This document shows positions 39,054 through 48,918 of a stretch of DNA of 64,000 nt, one piece after another. This DNA comes from Candidatus Micrarchaeota archaeon (GTDB lineage Archaea; B1Sed10-29; B47-G15): the NCBI GenBank assembly GCA_003660975.1, contig QMVG01000003.1, positions 1 through 64,000 on the forward strand. Reading direction: 5' to 3'. Within the stretch, counting starts at the first letter, position 1. Each line of letters starts with the position of its first letter. A program made the position numbers and the translations under genes. Under the pieces are notes generated by a model that made no database searches, was not told the origin of the DNA, and was given only the letters and a program-made list of their open reading frames with translations.

Positions 39054-42000
39054 ATGAAACGCTATGCTCCATTTTTGATTTTCCTATTCTTCTTTATCTC
39101 AATTGCTCACTCATATATTATTGTAGAGGCAAATTCCTCCAATGCGAGTTATAATGGCATTATAGGTCTTAATATTACAGTTTATAACAGCAGTGGTTCG
39201 GCTGTGGCCAACGTCAGTTTAAACCTCAGTGTTATGGGCAGCCCTTCTTGGGCTAGCTGCTCTGTTGACTCAAATACATCTGAAAACGGAAAAGCCAATG
39301 CTTCCTGCTCTTTTAACAACGCAATTAACGGCACATATAATTTCAGTGTTCATTCAGCAAGCTATGGAGACAATAATAGCGTCCAATTCAGAATTCTTCA
39401 GCACGATGAGAAACCTATTTTTAGTGTAAATAGTTCCATAGCTTATTCGGAGAAAAACAGTGTCACTAAATTTGAACTATATGTTATAAATAAAAATAAC
39501 TACCAAACTGAGTTTAATTTTTCCCATAGCAATATATCTGATTTTAATTGTTCTTTCAATAACAGTTTAATGTCCCTACCCCCTATATCTACTCTTTATA
39601 CCAATATCTTCTCCTGCTCTGTAAACAATAGCGTGGCCGCAGGCAGTTATAACATCACTATATGGGTGAATGCAAGCAATAACAAAAGCATCTCGTCTGA
39701 ATTAAATCTTACATTGCACGTGAGACCAAGGCATAACTTCACACTGTCAAATCTAAGTAATACAAGAGGCAGCATTGAAGCTGGTAAGAGTTTCAGCTTT
39801 ACCTTCCTGCTAAATAACACAGGAGAAACTGCAGTTAACTATTCTATAAACCCAACTGCAAATAATTCGTGGGCGTGTGGTGTGAATGCCTCTAACGTTG
39901 TAGACCTCCAAGTAAACAAAACTGTGAATATAAGCGTTAGTTTCAGGACAAGTGTCACAGCACCATACAACGAAACTGGTGTTTGCACTGTAACTGTCAC
40001 AGATAGTTATGGGCTGGAAAAAAACATAAGCTTCAATTTAAGCGCTGATAAGCATTACAATTTATCTCTTCACCTACCAAGGTCACCAGTAGACAACTTC
40101 GATGACGGAAATCTGAGTTTTCTGCTTAATGTTTCAAACGACGGCAACAGTGGTTTGAGCTTCAATATTTCAGTAGATAGCAGCTCAGCAAATTGGAATA
40201 TCTCGTGGAACATAAGCTCTACCAATGATTCCACAAAACAACACATAAAGAACCTGTCATATTTTATACAAAACTTCTCGCTCACAACAATTAACATCTC
40301 CGTGGTGAAGCCACAGGACGCCAAATGCGGGGACAGCACAACGCTTTGGGTGGAGCTTAGCTCTGCCCATACAGATAAAATCGTAAGGAGCATACGCGTT
40401 GAGTATCCATGTCTAAAAGCTGTCCCCGCTATCACATATAATCACAGCTCAAAGTTGCTTTCCATTATAATTCCAAATGTTACAAAAGGAGGTGAAACAC
40501 TCAACAGGACCGAGGCAGTTATAAACTTAACAATAAGTGATTCTGATGGCAACAGCATCTTTAGTGTAAGTAATATGACAGTTGACAAGACATACAACAA
40601 AAGTCTAAGCAATACGGCTGCAAGCAGTTTTAGGTTGCATCTGCACCTAAAGAAGAACGGCAGTTCGGACATTGTAAATGACATATACGCCAACTTTGCA
40701 ATATATGACAGCATTGATTTATACGTAAGGCCAACATATAGTCCAGTGGAACGAGGGGATACTATAAGCTTTACAGTCGAGAGCAAATTGGAAGATAAAT
40801 GGCTAAATCCGTCAATCAGTTGCACACGTGAGGGGTCTAAAAACTGTGGAATATGGCTTGAAAACTGCCGCTGGCTTGAGAATTCAGGCACATCAAGGAC
40901 ATACAGATGTGATATAAAAGACAATGCTCTGCTTGGCAGCTTTGATGTAAGCTTTTCTGTGGAAGCGTCTTCGTGTGCTGATAGCACAAACATAACTTGC
41001 ACATATGATCCAAAGCTCTCAGCATCAGATGACTGCACAGTCAATATTAGGGAATCTGAAGACAATAATCAGAACAGTCAAGACCAACAAGAGAATCAGT
41101 CAGAATCCTCTCAGGAGGAGCAGGCCTCAGCTCCAAAGCTGAGTATAAAAAATTTGAAGCAAGGAGAGGTCTTCAAGAACACCAAAGTGCTTTCAGGAGG
41201 TTTTGTGATATTGGTGGAAAACGATGGAGGAGCTGGGCAGCTATCTGCATCTATTAATGAGCTTGGAGCCGTGAAGCACTTCTATCTTGATATTGACTAC
41301 AACCAAAGCATTGAAGCGAACTCCACAGCGAGATTGGTTATGAAGATAAAACCAATTGAGAATACAAAGCCAGGGGTTTACAATATAATGCTCAAAGTCA
41401 ATGACTTGATGCGAACATTTAAAGTTCCAGTGATGCCACCAGAGGACAATAAAAATTGGCATAGGTTCTTTGAAGTAGCAAAAAATGGCAGCACTATCAT
41501 TACATTGCGCGTGAAAAACACAAGGAATGGGCCAAACAATTTTACTGTTACTGAGAGAATACCAAAAGAGGCAGCTAGGACAGCAGACGGGGTATTTGTA
41601 ATAAGCCCAAGTGATTATGTAGTAATAGAAAAGGATCCAGTTATAAAGTGGATAGTGAAAGATGTAGCTCCTGGCAGGGAATTTGACATAGTATATATGA
41701 TTGGTAGGAATGTGACGAACATTAATTTCCCGAAGCCAGAAATAGGAGAGTCATATATATACAGCGTGGGAAGGCAGGCCCATATCGTAGCAGCTGGAAT
41801 AAGCCGCAACCCACAGGCCCTCTTGGTGCTTTTTGGTGTTTTAATATCTGCTTCAATATGGTTCTTTATGTATAAGAAGGGCCTGCTCGAGCCAAAAGCA
41901 TATTATATACCGCGCGCTCCGAAAAAGCAGAAGAGAAGAGCCGGAGCAGAAGATTTTGTTATGCAATATTCTCTAGATGCCAACAAGGAAAGGCATTCTG

Positions 42001-42242
42001 TATACGGTCCAGTATTGGCTGAATACTCTCTTTTCCCTGAGAGGCAAAGCCCACCAAAAGAGAAAGTAGCCGCAGAAAAAAAGCCTGAAAAGAAGAAGGT
42101 TAAGGAAAAACAGGGGCATTCTCGCAGACCTGCTCTGCTAAAGCTTCCTAAGATAAAAGCCCTTAATGCCTTTCCTATCATAAAAAAGAAAAGAGATAAG
42201 AAGAAAAGCAAGAAAAAAACGAAAAAGAAATCAAGGCGTTAG
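39054..42242 (+). CDS. Large membrane-anchored surface glycoprotein with tandem Ig-like domains
   Basis: Signal peptide; very dense NxS/T sequons; NNTG and NDGN Ig-type motifs; TM near aa 925-945; Lys-rich tail. Confidence 0.75.
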   Translation: MKRYAPFLIFLFFFISIAHSYIIVEANSSNASYNGIIGLNITVYNSSGSAVANVSLNLSVMGSPSWASCSVDSNTSENGKANASCSFNNAINGTYNFSVHSASYGDNNSVQFRILQHDEKPIFSVNSSIAYSEKNSVTKFELYVINKNNYQTEFNFSHSNISDFNCSFNNSLMSLPPISTLYTNIFSCSVNNSVAAGSYNITIWVNASNNKSISSELNLTLHVRPRHNFTLSNLSNTRGSIEAGKSFSFTFLLNNTGETAVNYSINPTANNSWACGVNASNVVDLQVNKTVNISVSFRTSVTAPYNETGVCTVTVTDSYGLEKNISFNLSADKHYNLSLHLPRSPVDNFDDGNLSFLLNVSNDGNSGLSFNISVDSSSANWNISWNISSTNDSTKQHIKNLSYFIQNFSLTTINISVVKPQDAKCGDSTTLWVELSSAHTDKIVRSIRVEYPCLKAVPAITYNHSSKLLSIIIPNVTKGGETLNRTEAVINLTISDSDGNSIFSVSNMTVDKTYNKSLSNTAASSFRLHLHLKKNGSSDIVNDIYANFAIYDSIDLYVRPTYSPVERGDTISFTVESKLEDKWLNPSISCTREGSKNCGIWLENCRWLENSGTSRTYRCDIKDNALLGSFDVSFSVEASSCADSTNITCTYDPKLSASDDCTVNIRESEDNNQNSQDQQENQSESSQEEQASAPKLSIKNLKQGEVFKNTKVLSGGFVILVENDGGAGQLSASINELGAVKHFYLDIDYNQSIEANSTARLVMKIKPIENTKPGVYNIMLKVNDLMRTFKVPVMPPEDNKNWHRFFEVAKNGSTIITLRVKNTRNGPNNFTVTERIPKEAARTADGVFVISPSDYVVIEKDPVIKWIVKDVAPGREFDIVYMIGRNVTNINFPKPEIGESYIYSVGRQAHIVAAGISRNPQALLVLFGVLISASIWFFMYKKGLLEPKAYYIPRAPKKQKRRAGAEDFVMQYSLDANKERHSVYGPVLAEYSLFPERQSPPKEKVAAEKKPEKKKVKEKQGHSRRPALLKLPKIKALNAFPIIKKKRDKKKSKKKTKKKSRR

Positions 42243-43532
42243 CCTTTCCATGTCTCTTGGCAGTAAAGTGGCCTCTTTCACATTACCCAATTCCAAGAGT
42301 TGCATAATGAACCTGGCCGAGCCCATACCAAAACCAGAATGTGGGGGAGCACCATATTTGAAGAAGCTGAGATAATGTCTAAGGCCTTCTGGGTTTAGAC
42401 CTTTTTCCTTTACCTGCTTTAGTAGTGTATTATACCTGTGTTCCCTTTGGGAACCTGTTGAAATCTCAACACCTTTGTAGATTAGGTCATAGCTTTTTGT
42501 TAACTCTCCTTCTTTTTTCATGTGGTAAAAAGGCCTTACTGCAAATGGAAAATCAGTAAGAAAGACGAAATCGCTGTTGTAACGTTTTTTGATGTAATCT
42601 CCCAAAGCTTTCTCTCCCTCAGGGTCCAACTCATAAAACTCATCTATGTTCTCTATGGACACTCCTTTTACTTTTTCAATTGCTTCTTTCATCGTAATAC
42701 GAGGAAAGGGCATTTTAGGGCTTTTTATTTCTATTCCCATTTTCTCCTTTACTTCATCGCCAAGTTCCTCTATTACGTGCTCAATGGACTGCTTTATGGC
42801 CCTTTCATGGAATTTCATGAGCTCTTCGTAATCAGTCCACGACATCTCAACATCAATGCTTATGAATTCAGTAGTATGCCTCGCTGTTTTTGAAGGATCT
42901 GCTCTAAACATCGGGGCTATTTCAAATACTTTATCAAAACCAGCGCACATTGCCATCTGTTTGTAAAACTGCGGAGATTGGGATAGGTATGCTTTCCTCT
43001 TGAAGTATTTTACCTCAAATAGCTCTGCCCTGCTCTCACTTGGCGAGTCCATAAACCTTGATGAGTGGATTTCTAAGAGGCCTTCTTTGCTGAAATATTC
43101 CCTCAACCCTTTTTCAAAACTGTGCATTACCTTAAATATCAGCATATTTCGTGGATTTCTGAGGTCTATCCACCTGTAATCTAATCTTTTTGCCAGTGAA
43201 GTGTTCACTTTTCCTGAAAAATCAATTGGTAGGGGGACATCTGCTAGTGAAATGATGTCAATTTTTTCAGGGATTATCTCAAAGCCCCTTTCGGCGACAT
43301 TGCTTTTTTTCACGCTTCCTTCTACATATATCACAGACTCAGGGCTTAAGTTCTTTATTTTCTCAAAATTTGGGTTGTCTTTCTTTACTGTTATCTGAAC
43401 TAAACCCTCCCTGTCCCTTAATTTTATGAAAGCCAGCTTTCCTATGATTCTTATATTCTGTGCCCAGCCACCTATAGCTACTTTCCTTCCGTCAAAGTTG
43501 CTGTTTATTTCAGAGCTCATGTACCTTTTCAT
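42231..43532 (-). CDS. aspS: Aspartate--tRNA ligase (archaeal, possibly non-discriminating)
   Basis: FIKLRD, RLDYRWIDLR, YLSQSPQFYKQ, RHTTEF, GAPPHSG and PRD motifs. Confidence 0.95.
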   Translation of the reverse strand: MKRYMSSEINSNFDGRKVAIGGWAQNIRIIGKLAFIKLRDREGLVQITVKKDNPNFEKIKNLSPESVIYVEGSVKKSNVAERGFEIIPEKIDIISLADVPLPIDFSGKVNTSLAKRLDYRWIDLRNPRNMLIFKVMHSFEKGLREYFSKEGLLEIHSSRFMDSPSESRAELFEVKYFKRKAYLSQSPQFYKQMAMCAGFDKVFEIAPMFRADPSKTARHTTEFISIDVEMSWTDYEELMKFHERAIKQSIEHVIEELGDEVKEKMGIEIKSPKMPFPRITMKEAIEKVKGVSIENIDEFYELDPEGEKALGDYIKKRYNSDFVFLTDFPFAVRPFYHMKKEGELTKSYDLIYKGVEISTGSQREHRYNTLLKQVKEKGLNPEGLRHYLSFFKYGAPPHSGFGMGSARFIMQLLELGNVKEATLLPRDMERLTP

Positions 43533-43536
43533 TGCT

Positions 43537-44034
43537 TCACCCTACGTATTTTATCTCGGCATCTACGCCACATAACTGTTTCAATACCTGCTTTATGCTT
43601 TCCTCCTTTAATAAAATCTTCTTTCTGTCTGCCTCAGGTATTAATATCCTTTGTTTTTCACCTTCTTTGCTGTATATAGTTGTAAACCCCATTATGCGGG
43701 CAGGGGACACCAAATCATTCACGATCTCCTTTATGCTGCCCTTTTTTACGATTCTAACCCTTTTGCCAAGCTTCTCGCTTAGGATTCTAACGACTCGCCC
43801 ACCCTTTCCTATAAGTGTAGAAACATTGGATTTTGTTATTATAACGATAAAATCAGGCAATTCAATACTTCTTTCAAAACTTGGATCTCCCAAAACGTTC
43901 TTTTCATATAATTCGTATAAAAGCCTAGCTATCTTTATATCCAGTTGGCTTATTTCGCCATTGTCCAGTTTTTTCTGGCACGTTTCGCATAGTGCGTCAC
44001 TCTGGGCGCATTTTTCACATATCGGCATCCTCAT
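43537..44034 (-). CDS. Archaeal NusA-like KH-domain protein with N-terminal Zn-binding motif
   Basis: PICEKC...LCETC and KH motif LIGKGG. Confidence 0.8.
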   Translation of the reverse strand: MRMPICEKCAQSDALCETCQKKLDNGEISQLDIKIARLLYELYEKNVLGDPSFERSIELPDFIVIITKSNVSTLIGKGGRVVRILSEKLGKRVRIVKKGSIKEIVNDLVSPARIMGFTTIYSKEGEKQRILIPEADRKKILLKEESIKQVLKQLCGVDAEIKYVG

Positions 44035-44074
44035 CGCTCATCACCCAAATAAAAAGGGGAGGGTGATAAGGGGT

Positions 44075-44389
44075 TTACTTGCTGAGGACGATGTCTATTG
44101 CGCTTACTTTGCTTGTTGTTCCATCAGCGTTTTTGAGTTCCTCTGTTTGTATGCTTATGTTCTTTACCTTCACCTCGTTGATGAATTTGTTTTTTATAAT
44201 CTCTGCTACGTCCACTGCTCTTGATATCGTCTTGCCTCTAGCTTTGATGTTCACCTCTTTTGCTCCTTTGTTGAACTGGGTCACTACTGCGAGGACGTAG
44301 CTCATGACACCCTTCTTTCCCACAAATACAGTGTTTGCTGCGTCTCCACTTTCTTCTTTGGTTTCAACATTTTTCTCTTCTTCTGCCAT
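44075..44389 (-). CDS. albA: DNA/RNA-binding protein Alba
   Basis: [30 protein letters not shown] and VSAIDIVL motifs. Confidence 0.97.
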   Translation of the reverse strand: MAEEEKNVETKEESGDAANTVFVGKKGVMSYVLAVVTQFNKGAKEVNIKARGKTISRAVDVAEIIKNKFINEVKVKNISIQTEELKNADGTTSKVSAIDIVLSK

Positions 44390-44451
44390 TCACATCACCT
44401 TTCTGAGTTTATTTCCCCTTATCTTGGGTTATATAATTTGTGTAATAGCCT

Positions 44452-45327
44452 TTATTTATCTTTTCTTCTTTTTCTGTACTCCTCTACAATTTTTTCGAGC
44501 CAGTTGCTGTCTTTGCTCTCGTACCTCTCAATGGGAATATATAATACAAAAGATTCGTTTTCGTATAGTATGTCTATAAGTTGCACATTTTTATTTTCCT
44601 TTTTCAAACGCTCATAAAAGCTTCTGTCGTTTGTTTTGTCCTTCATTTCCTCCTTTCTGCATATTCTTAAATCTCCTTTGTAGAGGTGTTCAGCAATTAA
44701 ATTTAATTTTTGCAATAATCTTCTATTTTCTGCTACAAGCGGGCTTAGCAAAGGCATGGCTCTCTTTTTTCCTCTCTCTGAAAGCAGGCCTTCTATCTCC
44801 TCATCCTTTTTTCTAAGAAGCTCCCTTAGCCGCCTTATTTCCTGCCTCAATTTCCTGTCATCTCTGCTCTGCTTTTTTATTATCACTGCTTTTCTTTCCC
44901 TCTTTTCAGCGCCTATAAAGCTTTCTAAAACCTTCTTTTCGAAGTTATTGGGATATCTTTTTTTGAGATTCATTAACTTTGCTTTAAAATGCTTGTATGC
45001 TTTCAGCGCAGATGCAAGGGCGTCTCTCTCATGCACATTCGTAACAGGATAGCCTTTCACTAGCTCTATCTTCTCCTGTCTTGACAGTGATTCTGGCGGA
45101 CTGTAAACCTTGCATGAGAACAAGGCCGATAGCTTTTTCAAGGTCGAGGGCAACTGTTTTTTATCTGTCGCTAAGATTAGCATCCTCCCTTTTCTTTCTA
45201 TTCTGGCAGCCATCTCGTTTATAGAAATATTTTTGCCTGATTCTAGAGCTAACAGCTTGCCATCTAAGTCAAGATAGGCAATTGCAACAGTGCTGCCAGG
45301 GTCAACCCCCACTATTAACAGTTTCAT
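44452..45327 (-). CDS. DUF460-family protein (RNase H-like fold + coiled coil)
   Basis: IVGVDPGSTVAIA, ATD and HERDALASA motifs. Confidence 0.8.
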   Translation of the reverse strand: MKLLIVGVDPGSTVAIAYLDLDGKLLALESGKNISINEMAARIERKGRMLILATDKKQLPSTLKKLSALFSCKVYSPPESLSRQEKIELVKGYPVTNVHERDALASALKAYKHFKAKLMNLKKRYPNNFEKKVLESFIGAEKRERKAVIIKKQSRDDRKLRQEIRRLRELLRKKDEEIEGLLSERGKKRAMPLLSPLVAENRRLLQKLNLIAEHLYKGDLRICRKEEMKDKTNDRSFYERLKKENKNVQLIDILYENESFVLYIPIERYESKDSNWLEKIVEEYRKRRKDK

Positions 45328-45371
45328 GCAGCCTCCAAAATATTTTATATGCAGAGATGGTTAAATTAGTG

Positions 45372-47111
45372 ATGGACTTTAAGACCTTGGCTTTTGCTTT
45401 CAGTTCTTTGGAAAAAACAACAAAGAGACTGGAAATGACTAAGATACTTGCAGAGCTTTTTGCAAAAGCAAGCGCTGATGAGATAGCCAAGATTCTCTAC
45501 CTGCTTCAGGGCAGGGTTGCTCCTCCTTTTGAGGAAAAAGAGCTGGGGCTCGGAGAGCGCCTTGTTGAGCAAGCCATCTCTCTTGCCACAGGCTATCATG
45601 CGAGTGAAATAAGGGAACTTTACACCGAGCTAGGTGACTTGGGATTAGCAGTGGAGAAGCTTGTTGGGAAAAAAAAGCAGCAGACGCTTTTCGCGAAGAA
45701 GTTGACTGTCTTGGACGTGTTCTCAGCTTTTAAGAAGATAGCTGAAGCTTCTGGACCAAAATCACAGCAATTGAAAATAAAGCTTTTAGCAGAGCTTATA
45801 CATAATTCAGAACCCATTGAAGCAAGATATATTGTGAGAATCCCTCTCAACAAGTTGAGGCTGGGCATAGGAGACCCAACAGTGCTTGATGCTCTGTCTG
45901 TTATGAAAAAAGGAGATAAACAGCTGAGAGAGTCACTTGAAAGAGCCTACAATGTGACTTCTAATATAGGTTTTGTAGCAGAAAAGTTTTTCAGAGAAGG
46001 CATAAAGGGGATTAACACAATCAAGATAGAGATAGGCAGGCCTATAAGGCCAGCCCTTGCCGAGAGATTGCCCAACGCAGAGGAGATTATAAAGAAAATA
46101 GGCAGGTGCGCTGTGGAGGCCAAGTATGATGGCTTTAGGATGCAGATCCATAAAAAAGGCAAAGAGGTTAAGCTATTTTCCAGGGCAGCAACGGACATGA
46201 CGTATATGTTTCCAGAAATTGTAGATGCTATCAGGTTGCAGAAATGCGAGAGCTTTATAATAGATTCAGAATGTTTGGGTTATGACCCTAAAAATAGGAG
46301 ATATCACTCCTTCCAAGAGACTATGCAGAGAAGAAGAAAGTACGGGATCTCTGATAAGGCCAAGGAAATCCCTTTACACCTTTTTGTTTTTGACATACTG
46401 TATCTAAACGGAGATGAAATGATAAACAAAGCTTATGAGCAAAGGAGAAAAGCATTGGAAAAGAATATAGATGAAAACGAGACAGTACATCTAAGTGATA
46501 TGATAATAGCTGAAACCCCAGAAGAACTGTTGGATTATTTCAATGCTTGTGTTAATGCTGGCTTAGAAGGCGTGATAGCCAAGGACCTAAAGGCACCGTA
46601 CACCGTGGGAGCAAGAAAATTTGCCTGGATAAAATTAAAGAAGAGTTATGAAACCGCACTCAGTGATACCATAGATGCCGTTATTGTTGGTTATGACATC
46701 GGAAAAGGCAAGAGAAAAGAGCTTGGTTTAGGCACTATTTTAGTAGCTGTCTACGATGAGCAGGAGGATGTATTCAAGACCTTAGCAAAAGTAGGGACTG
46801 GATTTAGCGAAGAGGACATAAAACGCTTCAAACAGAAACTAGATGAGATAAAAATCCCCCACAAAAGCCCCAGATTAATTTCAAAGGTTGAGGCAGATGT
46901 CTGGGTTGAGCCAAAATATGTCGTGGAAATAAGCGGTGATGAAATAACAAAGTCGTCTATGCATACCTGTGGCATAAGTGGGGGGGAAACATATGCTTTG
47001 AGGTTCCCTCGCATCGTTCGTTCTGAATTTAGAGACAAAAGGCCAGAAGAAGCCACTACAGTAACTGAAATAATAAAAATGGCAAAAATGCAAAAAAGAA
47101 AGTCAGGTTAA
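45372..47111 (+). CDS. lig: ATP-dependent DNA ligase
   Basis: EAKYDGFRMQIH, FDIL, EGVIAK, WIKLK and LRFPR motifs; start at MDFK chosen. Confidence 0.96.
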   Translation: MDFKTLAFAFSSLEKTTKRLEMTKILAELFAKASADEIAKILYLLQGRVAPPFEEKELGLGERLVEQAISLATGYHASEIRELYTELGDLGLAVEKLVGKKKQQTLFAKKLTVLDVFSAFKKIAEASGPKSQQLKIKLLAELIHNSEPIEARYIVRIPLNKLRLGIGDPTVLDALSVMKKGDKQLRESLERAYNVTSNIGFVAEKFFREGIKGINTIKIEIGRPIRPALAERLPNAEEIIKKIGRCAVEAKYDGFRMQIHKKGKEVKLFSRAATDMTYMFPEIVDAIRLQKCESFIIDSECLGYDPKNRRYHSFQETMQRRRKYGISDKAKEIPLHLFVFDILYLNGDEMINKAYEQRRKALEKNIDENETVHLSDMIIAETPEELLDYFNACVNAGLEGVIAKDLKAPYTVGARKFAWIKLKKSYETALSDTIDAVIVGYDIGKGKRKELGLGTILVAVYDEQEDVFKTLAKVGTGFSEEDIKRFKQKLDEIKIPHKSPRLISKVEADVWVEPKYVVEISGDEITKSSMHTCGISGGETYALRFPRIVRSEFRDKRPEEATTVTEIIKMAKMQKRKSG

Positions 47112-47983
47112 GCTCCTGAGACATATCTTAGCGTTGCAAAGGCAATGCTCCTGGTGCAGCCTGGGTCATAGTCAAAGTATATTACCTTTCCACCAAAAGC
47201 TGTCGCCTTTTCAACTATTCCAGGCACATACTGCTCGTCACCGTTTTCATCAACACCTGAGAGCATCGCTATTGTTTCAGCCCCTATGTCTGTCCTTGGG
47301 ACAACATCAATTGCTTCAATCTCGGTGCAGTCTGTCTTGCTCAGGTTGAGATTGTATTGTTCAGCAACATCATGCAGTACTGGATGCACTGACCAGAAGC
47401 TAAGCTCTGGGCTTTCTATTGTCAGCGTCTTTACACACTGCGTTGTCATGCCAACTGGGTTCATTCTCACTGGAGCGTGGTCTCCAAGTGCTGCTGAGCT
47501 CCAGCCACATATAAGTGGGTCTTTGGAGTCCTTAGTAGCAGCGTCTCCTATGATAATTACATTGCCTCCCCCGCTTATGTAATTTCCTATGGCATCTCTC
47601 ACAGCGTATGACAGGTTTTGCTGCCCAACAACTATTACTGCGTCAAACTCTGACAAAAGCTTCTCCCTGGGGTATTCAAGTATCTTTTCGTTTATTGGTC
47701 GCTAGTAAATATTATACTTAGGGCCATCTGAATTTAATATTGTTTTTAAGCGCGCCCCATTTATCTTAGTGTTAATGCCGTCCAGTGAACCAATGACTCC
47801 TATAACAACACTGCCTCCTCTGCTGCATAGTATCTCATCAAGCACAGGCACATTGCAGAAAACAGTGGTTGTTTTGCCTATTAACACTATGCCTATCAGG
47901 ACAAGGATTACAAGAGGTATTATGCCCTCCATATACCTTTTCCATCCAGACTCATCTGGAAGATAATATGGTAATTCTGCCAT
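47108..47983 (-). pseudogene. Membrane-anchored class I GATase-like-fold protein interrupted by an in-frame TAG at 47702-47704 (pseudogene, read-through or sequence error)
   Basis: ORFs 47702-47983 and 47108-47656 are in the same frame, joined by TAG plus 15 sense codons; the joined product aligns by eye with paralog 48004-48840. Confidence 0.75.
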
Positions 47984-48003
47984 CTAACTCCTCCCCTCCA
48001 TGC

Positions 48004-48840
48004 TTAAACATTAGCCAAATATCTTATTGCTTCTACAAGCAATGTTTTGTAATGCCTTGGGTGAAATGCAAAGTATATATACTTTGTCAGTGTTCCAGAG
48101 CCCTCAACAACTACAGGCACTGTTGCCTTTTGTGTTGGGTCACTTGCTAACGGCCTTTCCAGTTGCACAAGCGTTGTTCCAGTCGGTATGATATCAACAT
48201 ATTCAATTGAGCCACTCTGAGAACTGAACTCAAGAGGCCAGTTCAGCTTGTTTAACATCGGATGGCTCTGGGCATATGGTGTTTGCAGGCTTGCCTCGTC
48301 CCAATTAACTACGCTTACATCACAGCTTCCAGCAGCGCTTGCACAACTGACTGGCACGAATGTTAATATCTTCCACCCATTTGCATACGGGTCATTTTCC
48401 ACCTTCGTAGCCGCCTGTTTTATTATTATCACAGGTTTGCTTGATGCGAACTCATTTATTTGGTCATAATTCCACCTGTTGAGTGTTTTGGTAGCTCCAT
48501 TGTTCCCTTCTGTAATAATCATCAAGCTGTATTTTGCAAATGGGTTGTCTTCTCCCATTCCCCTGGCATTAAATAAATCTTCAGCTGTGAAAGTCATGTA
48601 GTTTACATTTGCCACTTTTCTTACATCACTGTCTATAATCTCCATCAGGTCAACATCATTGCCTATAACAGCTACGTTAACTGTTTTTCCTCCAAGCAAT
48701 TCCCCTATGATTGGCACGCTGCCTAACCAACCGAACTTCCACGCCAGCACGAACAATATCAATATCAGCAAGAGAAGTGGAATGGTTACTTCAAATCTCT
48801 TCTTCCAACTTTCCTCCTCAGGATAATAATATTCTGTCAT
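48004..48840 (-). CDS. Membrane-anchored protein, class I GATase-like/flavodoxin-type fold (paralog family)
   Basis: YYPEEESWKKRFEVTIPL + TM; VAVIG; YSLMII; terminal YIYFAFHP; paralogous to both neighbours. Confidence 0.7.
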   Translation of the reverse strand: MTEYYYPEEESWKKRFEVTIPLLLLILILFVLAWKFGWLGSVPIIGELLGGKTVNVAVIGNDVDLMEIIDSDVRKVANVNYMTFTAEDLFNARGMGEDNPFAKYSLMIITEGNNGATKTLNRWNYDQINEFASSKPVIIIKQAATKVENDPYANGWKILTFVPVSCASAAGSCDVSVVNWDEASLQTPYAQSHPMLNKLNWPLEFSSQSGSIEYVDIIPTGTTLVQLERPLASDPTQKATVPVVVEGSGTLTKYIYFAFHPRHYKTLLVEAIRYLANV

Positions 48841-48918
48841 ATCACCACCATATTCTTCAATTCAACATATCTTTATAAACTTTCTTATATTTAAATTACT
48901 ACTGTGCAGTTACAACAT

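Noticed and set aside
37120-44224. Long antisense ORFs (37120-37701, 40442-41065, 43532-44224)
   Set aside because: They lie opposite well-supported genes, have no recognisable motifs and show typical antisense composition
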